Shown here: piece after piece, positions 23,533-36,725 of the stretch
Numbering within the stretch: position 1 is the stretch's first letter
Layout: each line of letters opens with the position of its first letter
NCBI GenBank assembly: GCA_000320545.1
Contig: ADNK01000619.1
Location: 9,067 to 73,066 of the forward strand
Direction: 5' to 3'
From: Bigelowiella natans CCMP2755
Taxonomy: Eukaryota > Protista > Cercozoa
DNA: 64,000 nt
Made by a program: the position numbers and the translations under genes
The notes under the pieces: generated by a model
What the model was told of the DNA's origin: nothing
The model's input: only the letters and a program-made list of their open reading frames with translations
The model's database searches: none

Positions 23533-26500
23533 TGATTGGATTTCAGTGTGTAAGTCATACGTTGCACCCGACGATGTTAGTGATAAACTAATGTTCTTCA
23601 CTTCTTTCTCCGTCTGAATATCGGAATCATATACCGTCAATTCATCACCAATCCGCGCATCTATAACGGTCATCATCATCAACAACATCGACATTAACTC
23701 TTCAACCGCATGCCAATATCTTACTATAACGGTTCTTCGCCGCCGCTTGATTTCGACGCCTCTGGACTGAACAAACTGATAAGAGGAAAAACGCGGAACA
23801 CACGAGCAATAAAACGAAGAAATACCATGCTGCTCACCATTTAACAGAAACAGGCTGACTTCTAATTTACAAAGATTTGTTACATCTCATACCGGTAAGT
23901 AACACAACTAATAGTGCTATTGGTCTCTACCACAACACCACCACTACCATGACATCCTACAACTACATATCATTCGAATGCCGGACTATATGAACGGGGC
24001 TATCTAGAGCTTTCAACATTATCATTATCATTGTCATCATCATAATCATACACGCTCCTCACCCTACGAAATATTTCCCTTGTGACTGAATCCGGAAATA
24101 TCTTCTCGATATCATAGTCTTCTTGCTGTATAGTAGTAGAGAAAAAGACATTTTCATCATCGTTATCATCATCATTTAGTGGTTCAGAAATTCATGGTGA
24201 TGCTCGTACTCACCTAAAAATGGCTTTCGATCAAATCATATACATATGCTACCTCGCTCACAGCTTTCTTGCATTGTCGGCACATATGAGGCACCCATTT
24301 TCCCCAATCATCAGCAAAACCTTCCATCGTTTGAAGCATCTTGTCTTTCCTGCAGGAGGAGCAATCACGGTAAGGAAGAAGGAGGAGGAGGAGAAGAGGA
24401 AGGAGGAGAAATTAGCTGAGAAAAGGAGATATCGAGATATAACGAGAAGAAGAAGAAGAAGAAGAAGAAGAAGAAGAAGATGACGTAGATGATGATAATG
24501 ACGAATGATCGACGATTCTAATTTAAAATTCGGATATGTGAGCAGCAGCACGTTGAAGCAGGTAGCACTTACGTCGTTTGTGGGATCTTTTCGTCTTTCT
24601 TATATTTGTTGTACAGAGAGACGACTACTTGATCGAATGTCATCAGATCTAGAAGGCTCTAGAAAGAGGAATAGCAGAAGAAGAACAAGAACAAGAACAA
24701 GGAGAAAAAGGAGAAGAATAAGATCACACTTGTCCCCAAGTATTGATGTTACCTAGAATAACACCAAAGGGCCTATTTGTTTTTGCATCTTCTTCCCATT
24801 ATTATTGCCATCGTTATCATCATCATCATCATCATCATCACAGTCACTACGTTATCATGGCGAACTCTGAACAAATCTCCTTTCCGACACAGTACGCTCT
24901 CCCATACCTGATCAACAAGGTAAGAACAAATATCATTCATTTTTACTCTATTACTCTCCTTTCTGCACCGACGACAACCATACTTTATACTTGGATTAAA
25001 GCAGCTAGAGACTACTACACGAGGACCGGATGATAATGATGATGGTGATGATGATACAGCGAAGAGCAGCAGGCAGGTACGGTGTTGCCTCTACCGTTGC
25101 TACTGCTACTGCTACTGCAACCTTTCTCTCTGTGCTACTCCTCTACTACTTACTACATACGTCTGTCATAATGTCCTCCATTCCTCCTGCGATGTATGCG
25201 AGCCGGAAAACCTGATTCATCATTACCATATAGCATTTTTTGCAGCATCTAAACATTAGAAAGCACACAAATGCGGGCGTGATCATACTACAGTTGTCTT
25301 CTCGCCTACATCACGTCATAGTTGTCGTAGTGAAATACCTCCTGCGGAACTGAAACCAATGAATAGAAGTTGCTCCTCCAAAAGTCGATATACTTCTGTT
25401 CCGTCCTGTTATTCCAACCCTAAACACACACGCACGCACGCACGCACACACACATAGGCACATACTGTATTTTTGGGAAGGAAAGAGGTGTTGTGCTTCT
25501 GCATGCTGCATTTACAATAAATACGAATAAGAAGAAAGAAAGGGGAAATAAAGGAAGAAGATGAGTGAGACGTTGGTAGAGATTGTAAGCTGCAGGTTCA
25601 TACCAATCTTTCCATGAACGAATGGACACCTGAAAGAGTAGCGGAATTCAATATTTCGCCATTACTATTATTGTTGTTATAATCATATTTGTAATTATTA
25701 TTTTTATTTCTACAATATTATCTGTGTGTCTGTGTGTGTGTGTTACTGATCTATTTGTGTTTGGGTGGTCATCTTCGATTCATTTTTTCTTCTCATCACC
25801 CGCATAGACGTTCAGATTATCGTAATCGAGTCGATGTCTCTCGTTGCATAGCGTATCTGCTATGATACATATCACCCTTGCCAACTAATTGAATTGTTAG
25901 ATGGGTTGTCGTGTTAGTATTGTGATCACACATAGATATCACCTCACGGCACTATATTGCATCGCTTCGAATCAACTATTCCATTAACATTTTGGGAAGA
26001 CGATGACAAACGACAACGACGGCATTATCCTGCACATGGGGAAGTGGCAACAACAAAAGCAAGAAAGTGTATATCAGTAAAGTGGCGATCTTGGTACCTG
26101 AGATGGAGCTCCTTCCATTATCACTTCAATCGGGTTATACTGCTCTCTTCTCATTATGAAAGCAGCAGGATTGCTAGTAGCCTCCGCGTATTGGTCCAGC
26201 TCGAGCTGCCTCGTAACCTTTTTCCCACCACCAATGATTAAATATACACATATATAGATGTGCACATATATTAATATTTTTTTTTATATATTTATATAAA
26301 ATAAATATATGTATATGCTGTATATGTTCGTTGGTTTTTCTTGTTCTCTTTTGTGTTACACACACACTCCGGGTTGATTGGAAGCTTGGTTGTCGTGTGC
26401 AGGTATGTCGCTGTCATTCCGACAGTGCTTACGGTGTAAAGTGCTTTTCTGACTCCCTGCATCGTTGTGTTCGGGCTTATTCCCAGAATCTGATGGGGGT

Positions 26501-26616
26501 GGGTAGTATATATTTCATTCTTTCATTAGCACCATCATCGACAGCATATACTACTACTGTGCGTCGTCGAGGTAGAAAAGGAGAGGTCGACGATTCTCCG
26601 ATCATTGTGATAGCAT

Positions 26617-26652
<36 letters not shown>

Positions 26653-27461
26653 GCAGCAGCAGCAGCCGAGTGCTTTACTGTCTGTGCTCACTGACGTCGT
26701 ACAAATTGACAGATTCCAGAAACTTCTCAACGCGGGATATTTGATATATGCCGTTCTTCGAGCATCTTTCAAAAATCACATCCTCGTCGTAGTCAAGAGG
26801 GTTGTCATCACCTCCCCCCCCCGCTGCATCTAACCCCCCCTGGCCTTCTTCAATGGCACCGTCACAGACGAATTGACTGTTTGGTGGCTCTTCCTCGTCA
26901 TCATCGACGTTCCTTTCTTTTTCTTCAATCTCCTCTGGTAGGCACTCAGAGAGAGTTCGGATGGAAAGAAATGCCTGGATAGCAGCCATCAACATTATGG
27001 CATATTTATAACATCGTGCTGAATCAACGACGTGCCAACATACGAACGACAATGGTGGTGGTACATATGGGGGTGGGAAGCCTTGGTGATGATGATAATT
27101 ACTATTCAGCGGCAGTAGGTGCACTAGTTGTAGCAGAGGAAGAGGAAGGAAGAAGAAGGAGAAGAAAAAGAAGAAGAAAATGAAGGAAGAAAAATAGTGC
27201 ACTACTTAACAACAACTATAAATTTTCTACTGCTCTAATACTAATACTACTACTATCATCACCATCACCATCGTCAAGTATTGATGACGCCATTTTCCCT
27301 ACCTGTGTTGCATTGAACGAGCGAGCAAGCCGCAGCTCTGTGTTCCAATGAGGAGGTATCTCAGGGATGTTATAATCGGAATCTGAGGAGAATGGCTCTA
27401 GTCTCACTCCAGGCCCCCCTCCATCGGTACTGACACTCACTGAGAGATAGAGGGAGAGATG

Positions 27462-27492
<31 letters not shown>

Positions 27493-28492
27493 GTATATTG
27501 TTAATTCGGTTATGATAATAATAATGATAATAATAATAAGAATAATAGGGTAGGGCGATAAGAAGCTTCTGCATGACTGACGTGAAGAAACGATGATGGT
27601 TGATGAGGAGAATTACACCATCTAAAAGAGAAATAGGTGTAGAGGAGGCAAAGAATAGCGTAGATAGATAGTAGGAGGGTATTTGACTGGCATACTCATA
27701 CATACATACTCATACATGCATACTCATACATGCATACATACATACATACATTGCTGTTGGTCTGGATCTGTGGAGGGATCTTGATAGAGCTCGCCTCGTC
27801 TATCATCAAACACACTTATTCAGCCGTTGATTGAGGTACTACCACCACACAGCTAAGACGACGACGACGACAACTACTACTACAACAACAACTACTACTA
27901 CTACTACTACAAACTACAGCTCCCAGTATGTTTGCCTAGTGTCAAAGATAAGTTGGTAATACTACAACTACTACTACTACTACTACTACTACTACAGCAA
28001 TAATATAACACATCATGTGTTTGTTCCTATGCAGACGTGCAAATATGACAGCGACTGCCTCTATGAATAAACAGCGCAGTTACTCCAAATCCCACCTCTT
28101 GACTTGCAACTTCCTGAAATTCGGAATTTTTCTCGCAGGTTCCCGCTGCGAGTAAGGACGGCAGAGTCCAAGAGCTGTTGCTCCTTCAGGCGGACACACC
28201 TTTCGAAGAGGCCTTTGAATCCACGATAGAATATCGAACCGAAACTTGTCACGACACCCGGGCACTCCTGCAAAGCCCCGTCCTGTGAAACACAGCAATG
28301 ATTAGAACAGGATTAACTGGAAGCGGTCTTCCATTCTTTCGCAATGCCTGTGTCATTATATCCTTGGAGAGCATCGTTGGCCTGCATCGACGAGCGTAGA
28401 TAACGGCGTTCCGGGTAACAGTTGATGAAAATGCTTATGAGAATAAAGGAGGCCAGGGGAAGGAGCCCAGCTGGCCTTCGGCAAGGAGCCAT
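23039..28492 (-). CDS. Large orphan type-I membrane protein with many small exons
   Basis: Start MAPCRRPAGLLPLASFILISIFINC; chain of GT-AG-bounded exons (e.g. VSIRSWKDWYEPAAYNLYQR, VFRLAYIAGGMEDIMTD, KVTRQLELDQYAEATSNP); TM WYFFVLLLVCSAFFLLSVCSV followed by QRRRN; tail ending HRSKKQIY* at 23039. A single-gene model is inferred. Confidence 0.6.
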
Positions 28493-28779
28493 TCCCTTCC
28501 TCCTCCTCCCCGATACCCGATCAATGATGGTTTTAACATCGTCTATTAGGAAAGATTTAACCCATAAAACATCTGAATATTGCCTCACCTAGAAAACAAG
28601 AAATAATGTTCTCGCAGTGAATAATCTAGACAAAAATTAATGCTTAATATTTCCAAGTGAAGCCTCTACTACTCCCTCCTCCCCCCCCCTGCGCCTGCTC
28701 CGTCACATCATATTCGTTCCTCTTCGGAACCTCTCGTTACTATTGCAGATGGTGCTCTCTTCACCAACCCGCCAAGTCG

Positions 28780-30776
28780 ATGGAGCTTAGTTCGTAGCAG
28801 CATCCTGAGATAATCGTCTCTTTAGTGTCGTCGTCGTCGTCGTCGCGTCGTCGCCATTATCTTGCACGCATCCGGTTGCAGCCGTTGCTTAGCTGCTTTG
28901 ATTGAACCCATCATTTCCGTCATCGGGAATACCCGGGAGGAATTCTGGCAGAGGAGGCGGCGGCGGCGACGACGACGACTATGGAGGGTGTATTTTGCGC
29001 TGGCTACACTGCTCTTTGCGGCGTACTCATCGGCCAGAAACAACGGGGCATTACGGTAATCAACTGTCCTCTTTCCTGCATGGGTATGCTTGCTGGGATT
29101 AACTCCTCCAGAACTTATTAGTATTTGTTTTCTGTTGTCAAAGATCATCGCTCCGACGAGAAGAGAGCCAACTGCAGCAGCTGGACCCTGAGGAGAGAGG
29201 AGGAGGAGGCACAATCTCAGAACAATGGTCGGTAGTACTTGTTGCCGTATGCATGCATATATTTATATATGAAAACAAGTCTTTGGACGGCTATACCTTG
29301 ACCGATAAAATTTGGCATGTGAAATAGGAAGAGTGCCGGTGGCAGCAGCAACGCAATAGAAGGGGTCAATTTCAGCCCACATGAACGACTTAATTTGGAT
29401 GAAAAGTACCTCGACGAAGAGAAGCAGCTAGATTTAAAAAAGATAGTAAGTTATAGTAGTGATGAGAACAAGGAGGCGGCACTCGCTGTGAAAGATGATA
29501 AAAAGCGTCAAAGTGGCTCTGGTGAAGGGGGGCGTTCAAGCGATCTTGAAAATTTTGCCGGTATCCAAGGAACGAAGCGTCTTAACGTTCCGAGGATGAA
29601 AATAGGAGGAAGTAGCTGCGAAAGGGGAGAAGACGATGATTCTGGCACTTATTCCCCATTTCCAGAAGATAAAATTAACGAAAACTTGCGGCAACAAATG
29701 CTGAGACGAAGGGGCAAAACTGTCGCACCTGCTCAGGTTGGTGATTCGATATGCTGATGGTGGTAACAAGCATGATGCTGGCCTCTACTTCAACGTGAGG
29801 GAGGAGAACTATTGAAGAAAAGAATATAAGTTTATTGGAAAGGAAGAATTATCAAACCGCTTGATAATCCAAGGCCAATTTATTCCACAACTATTATTGT
29901 ATCGATAAAAGCAGTGCATATTTGCTTCAATCCTCAAACATGCTTTTCCCTATCATCTTTATTCACAGACACCACCGTACGCACAACTTCCACTAATAAT
30001 AAAATGCTTCTAAGTTATTTTAATTATCACAGAAGGAGGGTCGACTTGCGTTTGAAGATAGAAGAAACGAGCAGCTCAAAGATCGGTTGCAACCTTGGGA
30101 TGATGCGAGCAGCAACGATAATGACGATGAAGACGAGGACGACACAGATCATAATAATAGAAACTCTGGACGGCGAAGGATACTGCGACGGCGGCGGCGG
30201 CGGCGACGACGACATATGGATGGCCTTGATCCTGATCTTCTCGTCAACGCTGATGGAGGCATTTCCACAGGAAATCGCAATGACGACGAAGATGAAAATG
30301 ATAATGATTCTCAGCAGTCGGTACAAAGCACTTTCCGGAACTTCAATCCAACCACTGACTTTTATTGCTTCTGTTTGCTTGGACAGAATAGCGAGAACAA
30401 TTCTGAAGACTCTGGAATGATTCGCTATGTGAATGGGGATGGGCAGCTGGGAAATATGTTTACTGCAGGCAACCATGAGGATGTGACCTCTGATGACTTG
30501 ACACTTTTTCTCACTGATGACCCTAAGAACCCCGAGAAAAGGCTTCCAGTAGAGGCAGGAAAGAGAGAGACCATAGATGGCGTCACAGTGACATTACCGC
30601 GGAGAGGAGCTGGAGATGGTGAAGATGGCGACGATAATGGTGGCCGGAAAAGGTCCCAACGCGGCAGAAAGATGGACGGGGAACTTACTAAAGCTGAAAA
30701 GGCAGCGCGAAGACTGAAGGGAGTGGGCTTGACCATCCTTTCTGGTGATTCCAGCTCATCAATTCTAAAGCTTTAG
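28780..30776 (+). CDS. Hypothetical acidic/Arg-rich protein with N-proximal hydrophobic segment; 5' end uncertain
   Basis: Open exons 28825-29055 (LWRVYFALATLLFAAYSSA), 29328-29736 and 30031-30776 (DFYCFCLLGQNSEN...), bounded by AG/GT. Confidence 0.55.
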
Positions 30777-31110
30777 CAAGGTGCTTATATCATCCACAAC
30801 CCGGTTTCCACATCAAAAGAATTTCAAGCACTGTGGCACCTCTAAAGGCCGTGCACTAGTCACCACAGCCACGATACGTTTAAGGTTGTGACTTCAATCA
30901 TAATCCACAGGCCTCAAAACTAGTTGCGCACATTGTAACAACTTGCAAATCGATCATTGTCTTGCTCAAATTAACCGCATCATGATTGTTTTCACATGTC
31001 AGTGATGACCTGCGCTTCGTGTATCACCCGTGACATCATCCGTATCATTGCAGCGTATCACAGCAAGCGCAAACGACGCACATCATCGCTGCAACTGGTG
31101 TAACATCTTA

Positions 31111-31637
31111 TTTGCATTGGATGTTGGGGTCGTTGTCCAAATCCGCTGATCGAGGGCATCCTGAAGAGTGCAGGATGAACATGCAGTCTCCACAGTCAGA
31201 TCCAAATAGACACGCCGTGTGCAACCGAGCTCAGCGAGGCACGCAGGAGCTCAGACAAAGCAGGGTGATGAAAGTGTAGCTGTGGAGCTTTAGAATTTCA
31301 TGCTCGAGCGCGCAGCATGCTAGCATGCCTAGATCTAGAGATGTGCGCGAACACAGTTTGAGCGTCACGTTCATGTTGGCTTCAATGAACACCAGATCAA
31401 AGTGCAAGGTTGAATGTGCGATGCGCAAGGGCGAAGTGAGTGGCTGCTGTCACAGAGTGTGTTGACCAATGGACACGTTTCAGATGTCCAATGCACCTGA
31501 ATGAATGAATGTGAATGAACGAAGCAGTTCCATGGGAGCGGTGCACTTGCACATCTTGTCGGCGGCGCGGTTGGCTAGTTGGGCGTCCAAGGCGGTGCAC
31601 AGTCGGTCAAGAGGAAATTGAGAAGAAGAAGAAGAAG

Positions 31638-31668
<31 letters not shown>

Positions 31669-32162
31669 GCCTTTTGCAAAGCGAAAGGTGAACACGCCAA
31701 CCAATTGTCGCAATCCCAACAGTCAAACCAAGACGATGTCACGGGAAGATCAGCGTCCGGCCATCGCAAGGCAACGGTGTCCACAAACAGACGACCCGGG
31801 GGACACGAGCTGACGTCCGCCAGCATCAGTGTCTGTGCACGTGTCAGTGTCACACGAGGATTGTCTGTGCGAGCTCCGGCGACGAAAAGCAAAAGCACCA
31901 CACTGCCAGACACAAGCCAACGCGCCGTCCATCTCCGCGTGGCGTGCACCAAGAAAAAAAATGGAAGCAGTGCAAGCACGCGTCATCACGCGATGCATTG
32001 CAACAGCTCATTTGATGAGGCTCGGCGATGGCTCCCTCAGGGCCCTTCAGTTTTGCTTTTTTCTTCACTACGCCAGATGATCATCCAGAAGAGAACAGGG
32101 TGCTTCATCGCAAAACGTTGGCAATGAACGTCGGTCAAGACAAGACAACCTCCAGGACAAGG
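31111..32162 (-). pseudogene. TpA-erased decayed sequence, possibly a former gene or mobile element
   Basis: Only 8 TA in 1052 bp by manual count; minus-strand frames rich in C/H and lacking Y (WFDCWDCDNWLACSPF; DRLCTALDAQLANRAADKMCKCTAPMELL); contains a host-like (GAA)n array. Origin not identified. Confidence 0.45.
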
Positions 32163-32612
32163 TACCCCATGCACCGATGTGATCGTGTCGCAAAAAGCAA
32201 AAAAGCCTGACTAAAAAGTTGTTCCAGACGCAATAAGTCTCATTGACTGCGGTGTTCTGGTGTGTTGTTTTGGTAGAAAATAGGTAAGTTTAAGGTTGAT
32301 CCCAGTACTAAATGGTTCAGAATGATAAGAGGAGCGAAGAAGAAAGGAAAAAAAGGAAAAAGAAGGAGAAAAAGGAACAGGAGTACTCGGAGTTTTTTTT
32401 TGTGTCTGAGATCATTCAGGAGTGAGAGCAGAACAAATCACTCACCAAAGACAGACAACCAAACCTGGTCTCAGCCTGCCACCCCCCTCTGTCTAATACA
32501 TTCCTCATCTTCCCCCGTCCTCTGCTGATTCATGAAATGTGCTATTGCACTTTTCTGTACGCCGGAAAATTTGGTGTTGACGTGATTTGCATGTGTGTGT
32601 TAGTAAACTAAG

Positions 32613-34089
32613 ATGGACTCAAAGGCAGCAAAGAAGGTTGCGGAATTTCTACAATCCAAACTGAAGGTGTGACATATCGTGTCTAGCAAAATCTGGAATC
32701 ATTGGTGGTGATCAATCAATGATGACAGTGATTCATTGTCGGTTGGTTTGAAATAGATCTAGAAATATCTTTTTCTTCTCCCTCGCTCATATCATCAGCA
32801 TCAGCATCAGCATCAGCATCAGCATCAGCAGCAGCAGTAGCATTACATAATCCTCATCATCACCGTGGTTATTTCCATTAGGATAGCGGTGATATTGATG
32901 TTGCTATAGTGTGCGGTTCCGGACTTAGCCATCTCAGTGAAGCGCTCGAAAAGCCTATCCACATCAAGTAAATCACAACTAAACTGCTGCACCCTCACTG
33001 GAGGTAGTCTGCATGGAATAATACTGGTTTCTGATACCAATGTTTCTTGTTCTTTTGCTTTTGTCTTCGTCTTTACGAAGGTATGCTGATATTCCCGGGT
33101 TTCCAGTTCCATCAGTCGCAGGGCACAAGGCGGTAGGAGATAGATGATCATATTTAAATCATTACTCAGGATATTGTGTGGACTTTCCCTACACTTTTCA
33201 ATCTAACACATCACAGAAAACGCATGATGAAGCACTTATTATGCGGACATATTAATTATTCCTCTGGTGGCTGATTAGGAGCTCGTATTCGGTTTCTTCG
33301 GGAAGAAGGTGGGTATATAGATTTAGCAACAAGGGGGGGGGGGAAGAGGAGGATGCGAGTTTATATACATCAGCAAAGCTGAATAAAATCTGATTGATAA
33401 AATCTTGGTTCTCTGCGGTTCCACAGAGGGTTGTTTGTATGCGAGGGCGTTTTCACACATATGAAGGATACGATATCCAAAGGTCATTTTGAAAATAATT
33501 GTGTATAATGATGAACGTTATTATATTTTACAATAATAGTAGCCGAGAGTAAGACCGCCTAATCCCATGCCCAACCTCCCTTTTCTTCTTCATCCAGCAC
33601 GCACCAAAACATCCATCATAACCTGCTGCTCTCTCTAACGTTAGGACGGCTCTTCCAATTGCTGCTTTCAAGTATCTTGGTAATAAATAGCTTCTTGTCG
33701 CACATTGCATTTGTTGGGCTGTGTTTGGTAGTGTGTTCGTGGCCGATAGGAGGAAGGTTAGGCTAGAAAATATGCATTTATGAGATATATAGATATTATA
33801 TATAGAACTATTTATATATATATGTATGTATATTGTACAGAATTGATAAACATTAATAGGGGTGAAAATACTGGTTGTGACGAATGCTTCTGGTGGTTTG
33901 AACCCTGAATATGAGGTGATAGAACGATGATGATTGATGATGATGGTGATGATGACGGTGGTGGTGGTAGTGGTAGAAATGCCAGCGCTTTTGATGATTT
34001 ATGGTGATGACCAAGTGGGGAAACACTTGTAGCGGTAGTTGTAGTAGAGTATGGCCGTTTGTCACTGTATATTGGATATAAAAGGTTGC

Positions 34090-34127
<38 letters not shown>

Positions 34128-36069
34128 CCATCACCATCACTTAGCAATTGTTTGATGATCGATCTTGATTGGCCTTAGGTGGGCGATTTTATGGTGATCC
34201 AAGACCATCTGAATCTTCCTGGATTGGCCGGAAAGCACCCTCTTGTTGGTAGGTGCTAGCAGTGGTGTTAGATGCCGTTACGTGCATACATATGCGACAT
34301 CTTAATTTCGTCTTTAGCGATCTGAAGCTTCGCTGCTGCTCAGGATGACCGAATTAACAGATCTACCATCATTCTTCTTCCTCCCCACCGCCATCACCAT
34401 ATTTTTCCTTCTTCTTCTCCTTCTTCTAAGCTATTATCCTGCTTATGCTCACTTGGTATCAGGCGAGAATGATAAGGAGTTAGGACCACGATTCCCCGCA
34501 ATGTCAGATTGCTACTATGGGCCTCTACGAAGATTTGCTCTCCAGGTGATGAGGAAGTACATGAGATGACGATTGCTTTGTTTCTCCGTTCTGCCTACAA
34601 AGTCCCACCACCGTGTTCCAACAATTGTAAAAACACAACTTCTTCTTAGGTCGGCAGCCGTTTGGGATTGGGAAATAGGATGAGAACAGGCACATACGTG
34701 TTTGTCAGTGGTAATGAAACCTCCTTAACACCACCACCACCACCACCACCACCACCACCACCACCATTACTGCTGCTGCTACTACCTACCAGCTGAGTTA
34801 TCCAGTTGGAATCGTGCACTTAGCACGTCAGCGACGACGTTATAGTATTAACATTTGCAGCAGCACCACCAGGAGCAGCTACAACACAACAATACGATGA
34901 TGATAGCAGTCAAAACACATCTTTCCTCCTCTTCCTCCCCTTCCTCAGGCCCTAGCTACGAAACGGGTGCAGAGTCGCATTTCCTTTACAACTCAGGTAG
35001 AAGTAGTTGTAGTAGTAGGAGAAGATCTTCTTTTGTGAGTAGTAATGAGTGGCATACGGGAGATTTGCCGTGGTAACACCTCTCTTTCCTCCTCCTCCTC
35101 CTCCTTCATCATCATCATCATCATCATCATCGTCATCTTTTTGAATCGACAGGAGCTGACGCAGTCGGCATGTCAACAGTACCTGAGACCCTAGTTGCTC
35201 ACTATTGTGGATTGAAGGTACTAATGGTCGTACCAGCAGCAGCAGTACTAGTAGTAGTAGTAGTAATAAGTAGCATGAAAATCATCATCATCATCATCAT
35301 CAAGAAGGATGTTGTTGTTGCTGCTCCTACTGCTGCTGCTGCTGCTGCTGCTGTCTCTCTGAAAAGGTTCTCGGTGTGTCGCTGATTACAAACAAATCCG
35401 TCATTGATCCTGATAATGCAAAAGTGGCTACTCATGAAGAGGTGAAAAGCAGCTGCGACACATATTGCCACCATGCACACTTACACATAGATACGTAACA
35501 AAAGAGCCCGTGCTACGACCTTTTGCTTGTTGTCTCTGCGTTGTCATCATTAAAGCTGGAATATGATGAACTTGATGATGATAATGATGATGATGGTTGG
35601 TAAACAATTGGTTGTTCTGTTCAGTTATTCTGATAACATCTCTCTTTGCATGCCACAAAACCAATATACGACGTATGCGTGTTTAGGTTCTTGGAGCAAC
35701 CGGAGGCGAAAATCAGGAGAAAATGCAGGTAGTTGGCAGCTGCTGCTGTTGGGGGTGGTAATGGTGGCATGCGAACTCAATTGCTCTATTATTGTATTAT
35801 TATCATGGGGAAGCGTCATAGCTATCATGGAAGATGATGATGGTGATGATGATGGTGACGTGTTTTTTCCTCTTCTTCTTCTTCCATTGATTATTTAGAT
35901 GCTGATCAAGACCATTATTAAGGACTTCGATATTGATGGTCAGTTCAAAATATATACATGTACTTTCGGCTGATGTGGGAAAGGCATCATCAATCCTTAC
36001 TTTATTGTATGTTGTACAAGCCAATATCGATACACGTAAAGTATTATATTCGAATGTGTATGTGTAAAT

Positions 36070-36111
<42 letters not shown>

Positions 36112-36725
36112 AGCAAAGGAACAAATTCCTCCTACCGCAATTCAAAGCAGAGCCGGTAGCAGCAGCAGCAGCTAAATACCTATGCTTTTAGGCCAGTACT
36201 GTCAATATCTTAACTTTTAGATGATAATGAAATCATATACTATTTACAACAGCAAGCATCAATGACATAATAAGTCAAATTTGAACAAGTATATTTGAGC
36301 GAGTTAGTTCTGTCTGCAGCTCCAACTACTGCTACTTGTATTGAATGAGCATACTCGCACAATAGGTATATCCCAACGAGTAAAATCGATGGAGAAGACA
36401 ATCAAAAGTCTCAAAAGAATGGTATCATCATATTAGCTAATCAGCGACGATTTTTAGCGGCATGTTTTTGGTACTGTTTGCGCCAACCGAATGAAATCCA
36501 AAATTGAATACTTTCTGCTTTTTTGAATTCATTGCTCGATCTTCGATGCTCTCATCATGATTCATATGGGGTGTGTGCCGTTATCATACAGGTTGGGGTT
36601 CTATCTGTTGGCTTCGTTGCTCTTCTGGGATTGCAAGTACGATCATCGATGCACTATCTACCCAGTCCTAACCACAACCCTCCCTCCCTCTATAGGCGTT
36701 TCAACGGATGAAAAAGAGATCATGA
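32613..36725 (+). CDS. PNP: Purine nucleoside phosphorylase (trimeric type), about 19 exons, with putative C-terminal tail anchor
   Basis: AIVCGSGLS, YADIPGFP..VAGHK, MRGRFHTYEGY, TNASGGLNP, DHLNLPG, GPRFPAMSD, GPSYET, GADAVGMSTVPE, SLITNK, THEEV, all joined by GT-AG introns. Four further in-frame exons extend to TGA 36723-36725; without them the ORF stops at 35973. Confidence 0.95.

Noticed and set aside
28822-29214. 130-aa minus-strand ORF
   Set aside because: It has no ATG start and overlaps better-supported plus-strand exons.
31111-32162. CpG methylation decay, fungal-type RIP or ADAR-edited retrocopy as the explanation
   Set aside because: CpG is abundant in the tract, RIP would increase TpA, and ADAR's preferred UAG context is the one that survives.
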